Below are positions 13,741 through 25,772 of a stretch of 64,000 nucleotides of DNA, one piece after another; the stretch's first letter is position 1; each line of letters opens with the position of its first letter. The notes below the pieces were generated by a model. It saw only the letters and a program-made list of their open reading frames with translations. It made no database searches and had not been told where the DNA came from. The DNA is from Octopus bimaculoides (taxonomy: Eukaryota): contig NC_068982.1 of assembly GCF_001194135.2 (NCBI RefSeq), positions 121,485,844-121,549,843 on the forward strand. The letters run 5' to 3'. Position numbers and translations under genes: made by a program.

Positions 13741-14440
13741 GCCAATACATTGTATTTAGTCTAATGTCCAGTCAAATTTTGTTTGTTTGGTGATGGGGAC
13801 AAGTGAAGTGGACTTAGGCAGCCAAGGTATAACAATTGTTTTTCTGCACTGCAATCTGTGTTAATGGTGAGAAAATCTCTATCTACTAGAAATAGCAGAT
13901 AAATCTCTCTCATATGACATGCCTTCTGTTTTCATGAAAAAAAAGAAAAAAAAGAAAAGTAAGACTGACCTGATAGTGTAATTCTAAATGCACAATAACT
14001 GAGTAAAATAGATGGGATGGTCATAGCTGGAGTGATTCTGACCATAAGTCTGCTTGATATGGCTTTGCTTGAGATTAAACAAATAACACAATACAAAGAT
14101 TCACAAGAACAGCAACAGCAAAAATAAAAAGAGCATCATTATTGGATAGTGTTTTTTTTTTACAAAAATACCTGAATGTTTCCATTATTGAAAGAGATGT
14201 GTTGTAATGAAGACATTCTTCACCATAACGAGGAAGAGGAGATTGTAACAATAGATCAGTAACAGACATTAGTCTCTCTAGAATTATCTCTTCTATTTTG
14301 TATTGACAGCATTATCTGGGTCACAGTTGCAATGGTATGGAACTAATCACCTTATACACCCACACATACCTGCATGTGTACTTGTGTGCAAACACACACA
14401 TGCATGCATGTGTGTGTGCACACACACGACTACGTGCACT

Positions 14441-14474
<34 letters not shown>

Positions 14475-15339
14475 TTTGTTATCATGTATGTATAGTTCTA
14501 GATAAAAATCAGTTGAGTATTAAATGGAAGGATCAATCAATGCGCTACAGTACCATATTCGATCTATTTGTACAAAGAAAGGGTTGACGGTATCTTCAAA
14601 GTTTCAGTTTACTAGCTGTCTTCAGATTTGATTTTCCAAGTGTAATATATACACTTTGGGGGCTTCATTTAGTAGGTGGAGGTCATACCCCCATCTGTGA
14701 ATATGTCCATATATTTGTATTAGAAACATTTGGGTGTATAAAATTTATGTTAACATCAAATAATAATACCCATCTTTATTCACAAAGCAAGCAGAAGACT
14801 TCTTAGAGGCAATTCTTTGACAAAAACCACTAAATTTAATTTTTGTTTTTTTATTTATCTTTGATCTATACTCCTACACAAATTTGGCCTGTCACAGCTA
14901 CATATATATATACACTTGAATGAAACCAAACAATAGCATAACACTAACTTCTTACATAATATTAATTTCTTATGTTTAATATGACCAACCTAGATGAAAT
15001 CCCAATTGGATTCAACAGAATTTTTAATATGAACCTTTGAATGTGACCAGTCTTTGACATTCACTCCTATACAAATCTATTTTCAAGACCAATTCTTACA
15101 AATGAAACCAAACAAGAACATATACACAAAAAAGTTTTTCAGACTAAATATAAACAACGTACCGGTTGTCACCAAACCATTTTAAACACACCTTTTATTG
15201 TCATACCTGGAAAATGCTGCACATTTGCATAAAAAATTTCACACACAATCACATACGTCCTCTCTCTATCTTTCTCACACACACATACATACATGCACAC
15301 ACACGAATACTCCCGGCTACATATACATGCACACATACA

Positions 15340-15560
15340 TGCTATTTCTTTACTACCCACAAGGGGCTACACACAGAGGGGACAAACAAGGACAGACAAA
15401 CGGATTAAGTCAATTACATCGACCCCAGTGTGTAACTGGTACTTATTTAATCAACCCCGAAAGGATGAAAGGCAAAGTCGACCTCGGCGGAATTTGAACT
15501 CAGAACGTAGCAGCAGACGAAATACCGCTAAGCATTTCGCCCGGCGTGCTAACGTTTCTG
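15340..15560 (-). mobile_element. SINE family B, 50 bp downstream of the NHA stop codon (probable 3' UTR)
   Basis: Reverse complement of the family B core. Other copies lie near 11140-11335, 36110-36300, 45850-46060 and 46850-47025. Confidence 0.8.
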
Positions 15561-15609
15561 CACACATACATGCACACATACATGCACACATGCACATACA
15601 AACAAGTTA

Positions 15610-15834
15610 TTACAAGCTGATATCCATAAACTGTTGTTCAGCTTCAGAAGTTACATCATCCCCATTTAATGATTCCACAGAATCTTCTGATGACTTTCTT
15701 CTTGTAACGAGTGCTATGTTACTCTCATCATTGCTCTCTGTTGGGGTCTTCAAGAGGTAACGTCCTGATAGATGCAACAGAGTGGCCCCAAATGGTGCAG
15801 TTAAAAGGATGGCTAACACTGTCATCTTCAAAAC
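15610..15834 (-). CDS. SLC9B2-like: SLC9B/NHA-like terminal coding exon (VLKMTVLAILLTAPFGATLLHLSGRYLLK...MDISL*)
   Basis: Acceptor ctgctttgcag, 225 nt ending in TAA followed by a second TAA. Matches NHA2 VLTVAFLSILITAPIGSLLIGLLGPRLL. Confidence 0.92.
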   Translation of the reverse strand, partial: VLKMTVLAILLTAPFGATLLHLSGRYLLKTPTESNDESNIALVTRRKSSEDSVESLNGDDVTSEAEQQFMDISL

Positions 15835-16244
15835 CTGCAAAGCAGAACAACAACAACATAAACAATAGATATACATTCTTAGTTACATTCAAACACAGAA
15901 ACAACTCAGCTATATTGGTGACCCTGATGTGATAAAGGTAGTGAGAGGTTTAAACAGACTACTTAGAGGCTTTATTGCATGGTGCAGAATTATATGAGAA
16001 AGAAGACAAGTTTGAAGATGACCTTCAGGATTACAAAAAGATTGTTGAAGTGGATCAGTCTCAGCAAAGTGCTCATACAACATGTTTAAGACTTCCTAGA
16101 CAAATAGAAGAAAGAAATGAAAAGCTAAAAGCAGAAATAAAGTGGAGTTATGTGGTGAGCCAAGGAAGTGCTATTTGGTTGTTGCATATTAGCACAATAG
16201 TGTTACAGCAACTTCAGCCAATTAAAGTTGGCTGTGGATTAACG

Positions 16245-17184
16245 GTTTTACTTATGTAATGACATCTGTGTTCTCATCAGCACAACCATTCTAGAATCAA
16301 TATAATTTTCAGAACTGTACACGAATTGTCTTCATGAAATAAGACTTGCATACAGTTCTACTGATTACATTGGGGATATTTTTCAAAATGCCTCAGCTCT
16401 GGCACACCAAATTCCGGAAACAATTCTGCAGAGAATAATTCACTGCAGTATATGTTGCCGGCTGGAGAACATAACTATTTAAATTATCATTTATATAGAT
16501 AGGGTGATAAATTGAATATTAATTCAATTTAAAACCAAGTGGCCTAGCATATAAAAAAATCTGAAAATTCAGAAAAATTGTATTACACGTGTATAAGGGA
16601 TGACCACGAGGTGGACATCCAATATGCTAGAAAGAAGTCATCAACGACCCAACCACAAAGAAAAATAATGTTCTCCAGATGAAATTTCAAAAAACACCAG
16701 AACAGGAAAAAATGAAAAATATACAGAATAAAGAATTAGTTGTGTACTGCAGTTTCGAACATTAATGTTTTTACTTATGTAACCAGATCCGTGTTATCGT
16801 CAGCACAACCGTTCTAGAATCATGCTAGGCCACTTGGCTTTAAATTGAATTCATCATCATCATCATCGTTTAACGTCCACTTTCCATGCTAGCATGGGTT
16901 GGACTATTTGACTGAGGACTGGTGAAATGGGATGGCAACACCAGGCTCCAATCTAATTAATATTCAATTTATCACCCTATCCATACAAATAATAATTTAA
17001 ATAGTTATGTTCTCCAGCCGGCAACATATACTGCAGTGAATTATTCTCTGCAGAATTGTTTCCAGAATTTGGCGTGCCAGAGCTGAGGCATTTTGAAAAA
17101 TATTCCCAATGTAATCGGCAGAACTGTACGCAAGTCTTATTTCATGAAGACAATTCGTGTACAGTTCTGAAAATTATATTGATT
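16245..17184. mobile_element. Non-autonomous Penelope-like insertion (about 523-nt unit plus inverted arm), interrupted by an RTE 3' tail at 16852-16954
   Basis: Direct repeats about 16245-16299 and 16766-16821. Arm 16295-16550 is inverted to 16822-16851 plus 16955-17184. An aatt duplication flanks the RTE tail. Confidence 0.6.
16739..16809 (-). ncRNA. Type I hammerhead ribozyme motif of a second family (long stem-loop II)
   Basis: Minus strand reads GUUGUG CUGACGA UAACA...UGUUC GAAA CUGCA GUA CACAAC. The partial upstream copy (about 16245-16286) has CUGAUGA GAACA, which restores the G-C closing pair of stem II. Confidence 0.65.
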
Positions 17185-18794
17185 ATTATATTACCATTCA
17201 ATCTGGTGGTGTCAACAGCACTAAAATAAGTGTTGTTTGGGAACAAACATACCAAAGAAACCACAACTTTCAAACACATTTACCCTATGTACAACGGTAT
17301 CTGTAAATAAATTCAAGAAGTAAATCAATAACCAACTCCTAAATATGTAACTAAACAGCAACCAAACCTTTAAGTCATACATTTTATTACCTACAGTCTT
17401 CCATAGTATAATAAAAGTGAAAGCTTAACAGCCTCATTCATTCAATCTGAATACAGGTAGGATTAAACATTAACTTTAAAATTAAACTACAAGAAACACA
17501 TAAATCTATGTACATCTGTATCGGTATTAATAGTAAACCTACAATAACTAAATAATATACTAAATAGTGACCAATCTTCAAGTCCATACAAATAATAATC
17601 CTACCTGTCTTCCATAGTTACTACTATAATAAAAAAATTGAAAGCTTTATTTCAATTATCTCCAAAACAAAACACGATTGAATTTAATTTAACAAATAAT
17701 ATAATAATTATGAGTGAAATACATTACTTCATAATTCAAAAGTTAATAAAGACACTACATACACCTTAATATATATTACTCTTACAAGCTTTTATGTAAA
17801 CTTACCAGTAACTAATAGAAGCATTAAATTTATTAAATAGGAACCAATAAAAGTATACTTGTAATTAACTATTATTATGAACTTGCTACGATTAAAGCTA
17901 AATTAAAACTGCTTAAAAGATAATAAAATTACAAAGTATTAAAACTTACATATTTTTTCAAACCACTTGGTACCATCACTTCTAGAACTTAAATGATTAT
18001 CTTACATATATGTAAGATAATCTTATTATCTTATATATATATTATCTTATATATATATCTATATACAGTATATGTGGAACCCTATTTGAGAGATTGATAT
18101 CTCTAAAATATGAAGGTAGTGTGATGCTTTGAGGTTTGTATTGATCAGGATTACAAGTATTTTACCACTGTTTGTTGTATATATTTTTTATCCTTTAGCT
18201 AGTAGAGAAGGTGGTGTTCATGGTCTTTTACAGGGTCCCCAAGAGCTGTGGGACAGAGGGAAGAAAAAGTATCCTCTAACTGGAGATTTGACCTGAATGT
18301 CTGCAACAGAGTGGACTCTGTAAAGATGCTAGCTGGTGAAGTTAAACCAGGTAATAAATTAAGAAGTCTTCCACCCTAGTAGGGTATGGCAAGATTTGAA
18401 CCAAAATTAATACTGCTTGGCATCCAGGCCAATATTTTTACAGTTTTGCAAATCTACCATCCTAGACAGGTACTTTTGGTATTGATCTTGAAAGGATAAA
18501 AGGTAAATTTAATCTCAGTGAGATTTGAATTTGAGTATAGAGTCATATACTAAGAGTCATTCTATCTAATGCTCTACTCTGCCAATTCTCTGGCTACTAT
18601 GAACAAGTACCAGTGTAGTAGTACTGTTGAAGTAGTTGTATGCTGTCAGTTTAATGTGACAGTACTCTGAAGGGAATAATACTACTGTTGGTTAGACATA
18701 GGAAGTTGCACCGCTTCGTGTCAGCCTTGACACATTTCCTGTGTCCTTATGTTTACAAGGGGGAGACAAGCACCTCCACCCAGCTAAGCCTGCA

Positions 18795-18837
18795 TCCAGA
18801 GACATGTTTCTGAGTCCTTTCTCGTCATCAGTCTGGA
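18795..18837 (-). ncRNA. Type I (Penelope/retrozyme-type) hammerhead ribozyme motif
   Basis: Minus strand reads UCCAGA CUGAUGA CGAG AAAGGA CUCA GAAA CAU GUC UCUGGA: 6-bp stem I, both core boxes, short stem II, palindromic CAUG stem III, GUC cleavage triplet. Confidence 0.75.
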
Positions 18838-19021
18838 GTAGCATGACTTGCTAGTTGAAGATGCATGTCAAGCTCTTGTAAACATGTAATAATTCTAGTG
18901 AAATACATTCACTGATTTCAAATTTAGAAATAATACATTTCTAAATCTCTCTGAGAGATTTATGCAGTAGGGATACGATGAAGTAATAGTATGTTGTCAA
19001 CTTAATGTGACAGTCCCCTAC

Positions 19022-19062
19022 TCCAGACTGATGACGAGCAGACTCAGAAACATGTCTCTGGA
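19022..19062 (+). ncRNA. Type I hammerhead ribozyme motif (inverted second copy)
   Basis: tccaga ctgatga cgag caga ctca gaaa cat gtc tctgga. Differs from the minus-strand copy only in loop II. Confidence 0.75.
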
Positions 19063-19496
19063 TGTAGGCTTAGCTGGGTGGAGGTGTTTGTCTCTCCCTT
19101 GTAAACATAAGGACACAGGATATGTGTCAAGGTTGACAGGAAGTGGTGCAGCTTCCTAGGTCTAACCAACAGTAGTTTTATTCCCTTCAGGGGACTGTCA
19201 CATTAAGTTGACAGCATACAACTACTTCAGCATATCACTACTGCATAAATCTCTCTGAGAGATTTAGAAATGAATTACTTCTAAATATAGTAGTTCTGTT
19301 GCTGTACTATTCAGGGGGATAATAGTATTGTTGTTATCCTGTTGTACTGCCTAAGAGTATAATAGCACTGTTGTTATCTGTTGCATTGTCCAAAAATATA
19401 ACAGTACTGTCACTAACTGTTGTCTTCTAGAATTCTTCATTTTTCAACATTATATCAGAAGCTGATGAGAACAAAAGAAATGGCAGATTCACTTAC

Positions 19497-19568
19497 TATA
19501 TAACCATAGGGTTGTAGAATTTCATCCCCTAGATCAAGGGCATTTTGTAGAATATATGCAGCTAGAAC
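19497..19568 (-). CDS. SLC9B2-like: SLC9B/NHA-like exon (VLAAYILQNALDLGDEILQPYGYI)
   Basis: Acceptor ctctctatctgtttcag, donor |gtaagt, 72 nt, phase 0 to 0. Positional match to NHA2 AAIGSVALDTARSHGEKQLEDYGMD. Confidence 0.85.
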
Positions 19569-20959
19569 CTGAAACAGATAGAGAGACAGAGAGAGACAGA
19601 GAGAGATGACATTAGGGTCATAGATCAACAGAGGTCAACATTTGTTGATGTATGTTGCTCAGCATAGTTATTCTTTAAAACCTATATGGGTATCCTTTAG
19701 ATTATGTAATAGTAGGGGCTGCATTGCAGGATTCTAAATAACACAGCCACATTTGTGCCTGCATGTATACATGTGTTACAAAAATCTTTTATTCCAGGGA
19801 TTTTCAGAAACCTTATATTACTTTTTGCTTCACTGTCATTTGTAAAAGAGATCTTAGCTAAATAAACTCATTCTTCAGAAAGACATGACACTGAGTGAAC
19901 AGATATTTGGATTGTTGAAATTTCACAGTGAAGAAGACTTTCATATGTCCATACTTGAAAGTTTCTTCTGTTTATATTGACTATGGAAATAGTCAAATTT
20001 TGATGCAACTGTAGCTTACCTCAATACCTTATATACTAAATATCTTTTGATATTCAGATCTACTAAGAAAATTACAGCAATAGTGGGATGAACATTTAAA
20101 CTATATAGAGGATTATACCATATACTATTTCATTTCATATTTTTGCATAACCTGGAAGGTGGCCACATTTTGATTTATATAAAAAGAAGCAGTCAGTTAT
20201 TCATCAGCACTAAAATTGCAATGATAGCTTGCTTTGTCTTTTTTAAGCATGAAATACTGCAGACATGAAAATATTGTTTTGCATTTCAATAGATGAATAT
20301 TTCATGTATTCTATGTAATGAATTTTCTAAGTTATATTTTATAGGGGTGGTGGTGGCAGTGAGGGGGAACAATAAAATCTCAATGACTAATAATCATTAC
20401 TTGATGTGTTTACAAATGATTTTGTTTTGGTGCAGGTGTACTTGTGTGAAAAGAAGTTTGCTTCCCAACTGCATGGTTCTGGGTTCAGTCTCACAACATA
20501 GTACTTTGGGCAAGTGTCTTCTACTATTGTCCCAGGTCAACCAAAGCCTTGTGAATAGATTTTGTAGATGGACACTGAAAATAGCTCCTCATTGTGTTTG
20601 TGTGTGTGTTTATATATATAAACACACACACACACACACACACATACACACACATATATTTATGTATGTCTGTGCATTTATATATATATTATATCATAAA
20701 GTATTATATTATAAATAATCATACTTTATATATTTATACATCTATCTATTAATACAATATTATTTTGGATGTATCTCTTCAGTGATGATTTTTTGATGTA
20801 ATTTTCCTGCTCTTATTATATAATATAACATATAATCCCTCTTATTAAATGTCTAAATACCTTTAATGTTTTAGACATTTCCCTACCAAGACCACTAATT
20901 AGAAATTTAGTATATTGTATTCTCATTGAATGTATTTGATTAACGATATATATATATAT

Positions 20960-21337
20960 TTTTGTTGTTGGCATTCCGTCGCTTACAACGTCGAGGGTTC
21001 CAGTTGATCTGATCAATGGAACAGCCTGCTCGTGAAATTAGCGTACATGTGGCTGAGCACTCCACAGACACGTGTACCCTTAACGTAGTTCCTAGGGATA
21101 TTCAGCGTGACACAGTGTGACAAGGCTGACCCTTTGAATTACACGCACAACAGAAACAGGAAGTAAGAGAAAGTTGTGGTGAAAGAGTACAGCAGGGTTC
21201 GCCACCATCCCCTGCCGGAGCCTCGTGGAGCTTTAGGTGTTTTCGCTCAATAAACACTCACAACGTCCAGTCTGGGAACCGAAACAGCGATCCTATGACC
21301 GTGAGTCCGCTGCCCTAACCACTGGGCCATTGCACCT

Positions 21338-21339
<2 letters not shown>
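20960..21339 (-). mobile_element. tRNA-headed SINE family C
   Basis: Minus-strand head ggtgcaatggcccagtggttagg...tcggtttcgattccc. A diverged plus-strand copy lies at 38662-38990, and a related head at 26466. Confidence 0.75.
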
Positions 21340-21414
<75 letters not shown>

Positions 21415-22370
21415 AGCATGGAAGGTGGACATTAAACAATGTTAATGATGATGATGTATGTATGTATGTATATGTACAATGAACATGTATGTGTGCATGC
21501 ATATAGCTATGTGTATGCATCTTTGTGTTGATGCTTGTCCTCTACCACCACATGACAACCTGTGCTGGTTTGTTTATGTCCCTGTAAGTTACTGGTTCAG
21601 GAAAAAGTGCTGCAGTTGATTTGTTTGACTAAATCCTTCAAAGCAGTACTCCAGCATGGCCTAAGAACAATGACTGAAACAAGTAAAAGGCGTAGTGTAA
21701 ATGATATAACCATTCTTACTTCTCTATTACATGTGTTTGCATAATCAGCAGAGTAAAACTCAATAAAGATTCAAGAATCTACAGCTTCTAATGAAATATG
21801 CAGATTCTTCTTGATATGTTGAGTGTACACTTTTTCTTCATTCGTAAACTCAACATGCACTGATCTATATAAATACGTAAGTTTGTATACCAGCATGCAT
21901 ATTTGCATATGTCTGTTTTTGTGGGACTGTGTGTGTGTCTGTGTCTGTGTGTGCATGTATGTATGCTAGCATGGATAATGCAATTTAAAAAGGAAGTGTT
22001 TCTGTTACGCATTCTAGAATAAAACAAAAAAAAAATTAACATACATCATGCATGTGTGCATACACATGCATACATGCGTGCTCACACACACACACACACA
22101 TGCAAACACACAGACATGCACACACACTCACATACTCACACACATCCATACATATTACTGAAACTTCAGATATATTTTCCAAGCCACATGTATGTTATGT
22201 TTTCTATGAAAGTTTTATTGAACTGACATAAATTAACACTATTCCTCTCAATTTATATATACTTACATATGTGTGTGTGTATACATACATACATACATAC
22301 ATACATACATACATACATAAATACATACATGCATACATTCATACATCCATACATATATATNNNNNNNNNN

Positions 22371-22433
<63 letters not shown>

Positions 22434-22444
22434 ACATACATACA

Positions 22445-22590
22445 AATGTGCGTGTGTATGTGTATATATCTGTGTATATTTCTATATATGTGTGTGTGTA
22501 TGTGTATATATCTGTGTATATTTCTATATATGTGTGTGTGCATGTGTATATATCTGTGTATATTTCTATATATGTGTGTGTGTATATATT
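22445..22590. repeat. Tandem repeat of about 36 bp x4 (gtgtgtatgtgtatatatctgtgtatatttctatatat)
   Basis: Direct inspection. Confidence 0.8.
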
Positions 22591-23811
22591 TATGAAGATC
22601 TCTGTGTATATTTGTGTCTACATATGTTTTATATCTATGTATATTTTATAAATGTACATATTTTATATATGCCTATATATGTATATTTGTACATGTGTGT
22701 AGATATAAATGTTTAAAAGCATTTAAGTTTACATGCAAATTTATCTATATATATATGTATGTCTCTTTCACTTTTTATTCTTTGAATTTTTTTCTATAAA
22801 GTGGAAGCAGGTTTCTAACTAAGAATCAAAATTCTGTTATTCAAATTTAATTTTAAGCATCAACAAAAGAGTGTGATGCATGTTGCAAGACTTGCTGCAA
22901 AGCAAGCAGAATGAAGTAGCTAGGAATGTTGCATAGTATGTATGTATGCACATACAAATGTACATATAGGCATGTGTGTGTGTATATATATGTATATGTG
23001 TGTGTGTGTGTGTGTATATACATATATATATATATGGTGCTGGTGCCATGTAAAAGCATTAGTGCTGGTGCTATGTGAAAAGCACTTGTGCTGGTGCCAC
23101 ATAAAATGCACCTAGTACACTTTGTAAAGTAGTTGGTGTTAGGAAGGGCATCCAGCTGTGAGGGACCATGCCAGAACAGACAATGGAATCTGCAGCCCTT
23201 AGCCTTACTAGCTCCTGTCAAGCCATCCAACCTACGTCAGCATAGAAAGCGAACATTAAATGATGTTGATGATGATGATATATGTACATATATATGTATG
23301 TTTATGTACATATGTATGTATGTTTATGTATATATAAATGTTTGTGTGTTTGTGTGTATGTGCATATATCCCCATGATCATTGTCATCATCATCATCACC
23401 ATCATCATCATTACCACTATCATCCTTATTTCAAAGTCTACTTTTCTATGCTGGTGTGGGAGACATGATTCCAATGAGGCAGAATTTTCTGCAGCTGGAT
23501 ACCTATTCTGTCACCAACCTTCACCTGTTTCCAAGCAAGGTAAAGATGCTTCAGTCTGTTAAGCAACAAATGACCCAAACTACACGCATATAACACAATT
23601 TGTGAGAACAGTCACACATTATTTACAATCACTGTGTGCACATCAAGCCAAGGAAAGCATACACTCAGTCACACATGTGCACACACACACACACACACAT
23701 ACGCACACACACACACACACACACGTATGCACGCATGCATGCACGTACACACACACACACACAATGCTGATGCATTTTCTCTGAATATATCTATGGAAAT
23801 GTAAAGAGTAC

Positions 23812-23948
23812 CTGACTTTCAGCTTTTGGTAGCAAAGCCAAACTGCAGTAGACCCGTTCCCTCTTGGTGATCTGAGTCCTAACCATCACAACATACGATA
23901 TCACAAACCGCACTAAGAGACCAGTGAACAAACATACAAATACAAAAC
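23812..23948 (-). CDS. SLC9B2-like: SLC9B/NHA-like exon (G-FVFVCLFTGLLVRFVISYVVMVRTQITKRERVYCSLALLPKAESQ)
   Basis: Acceptor ttcttcttgtag, donor CAG|gtactc, 137 nt, phase 1 to 0. Matches NHA2 GIAVLIRILTTF...KEKIFISFAWLPKATVQ. Confidence 0.92.
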
Positions 23949-25654
23949 CTACAAGAAGAACAAAGATATTAACTGTTATTTCTTTAATTGTCAAAGCATG
24001 TACCCTAGTTGTTAAGTGTTGCACTCACGATTGTGAGACCATGGTTTCAATTCCCAGATCAGTTGTGTGTTGTGTTCTTAAGCAAAATATTTCAATTCAT
24101 GTGGCTCCAGTCCACTCAACTGTAAATAGGTAACCTTTTCATGAATTGGCAGGCAAGGATGAGATGGTGGCAAAGGAAAATGGCCTGAATAGAAGTTTTG
24201 CAAGCCACAATCCAGCAATTGAAAGGATGAATAGTACCTCAACTGTGTAGCCCAACCAGTTGGAATAGGTTGTTCAACTACATCAAAGGTTAGTTAGTCA
24301 TTTTTTTTCATTAATGCATGAAAGATGTTAGTAAGATGCTTCATCATACATGAATCATAGTTCTCAGTTATGACATGTAACAAATAACTTCCTAGATTCT
24401 AAGTCAGGATTCGAAATTGAATCTAAATTTTTCTACCAATTCCTTCCCCATTGTTCTCAGATTTTTCTCTGAGAAATATTTGAGAGTTAACTGCCACACT
24501 TAGTTAAGTTCTATTGTTTAAGTTAACATTCTTAGATTAAATGGGGTTCAGGAAGAGAAGAGAAATACTTTGTCTAGCCTGACCTAATTCAGTTTTAAAA
24601 AATATGAATACAGAACCCAAAATTGATTCTTCTTCTTTCACTTGGCCCCTCACTAGAAGAGCACTTCAGGTATGGTTTGTCTCCATCTGACTGCATAACT
24701 TTCACCCTCACTACTTGTCTAAATTATTTTGCTCTTTCTCTCTCCTTCTTTCATCCATCCTCCTGGCAGTCAGCAGTCAACAAAAGATGAAGTTAACCAT
24801 CTACAGAATGGACAGCAGAACTGCAAATTATCAATGCATGACATCAGCTTGAAGAAGTTGTATGTTACTTTGTTGCAATGTAAATAAAAGGCCATTTCAA
24901 TAAATAATATTTTTCTTCTGCAGTCATTTATATGCTACATACATTCATTATAGATATTTTAAGAACGGAAAGTTTTCTTCATTGAGATTGATTGATTCAT
25001 GGATCCTGGCTCATGAATTTTTGTGAATCTTGGCTGAGATAGACCTGTGGTGCAGCCATTTTTGTGACATCACTTATGACAGGAAAGACTGCAACCACAT
25101 ACACAAATAAACAAACATTTGTACACACTAGAGGTTTACATATGTGTTGACTATATGTGGATGTTACCCACGATGATGAGAAACAGTAGGTAGTATCCAT
25201 GTGCATAAGGAAGAGAGATAGTGATTGCCAACACATTAAGTAATCAAAGGTAAACGTTACCCATGGTTAATGACTTAAGGAAGTCAGTACTAATACAGAG
25301 TTACCAGAGGTAAATATTATTCACAATAATTACTAAAGGGTGCTATTATTCAAACAAAAATTAAGAGACTATGATGACTATGGTGTACATAATAGACAAT
25401 AATAGACAAATGCATCAGCCTGAGAAAGATAAAGATACTATATTCACTTAAGTACAATGCAGATATAAGATAACTCTCCAGACTGTATTTAAAACTCAGT
25501 AACATTTTTTAGATGTTTTGCATTAAGTTTTTCACATTGTGCACATGTAAATACAGTAGGTCAAAAATAGATAAAACATAGTTCAGAGGTTAAGAGAACC
25601 AAATTTTCAGTCATAGATCAGACCAAATAAATACAATAAAGAAATTAAATTTAC

Positions 25655-25772
25655 CAAGTATTCTGGCATTGATCACAGATAAGTTGACATCACAGCCCAT
25701 GAGGCCAAACAGCAGTGTCTGACAAAATAGCCAGAGTGTATTCAGTATGGCATCCACTTTATGCAAGAGCAT
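25655..25772 (-). CDS. SLC9B2-like: SLC9B/NHA-like exon (MLLHKVDAILNTLWLFCQTLLFGLMGCDVNLSVINARIL-G)
   Basis: Acceptor ttttgttgcag, donor G|gtaaat, 118 nt, phase 0 to 1. Matches NHA2 VEKIIAVAWDIFQPLLFGLIGAEVSIASL. Confidence 0.92.

Larger units (their letters stand above)
18625..19287. mobile_element. Non-autonomous Penelope-like/retrozyme-like insertion (about 351-nt unit plus inverted copy)
   Basis: 18625-18840 is inverted to 19019-19233, and 18921-19020 is inverted to 19190-19287. The direct repeat aatgtgacagt occurs at 18653 and 19004. Two hammerhead motifs are present. Confidence 0.65.
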
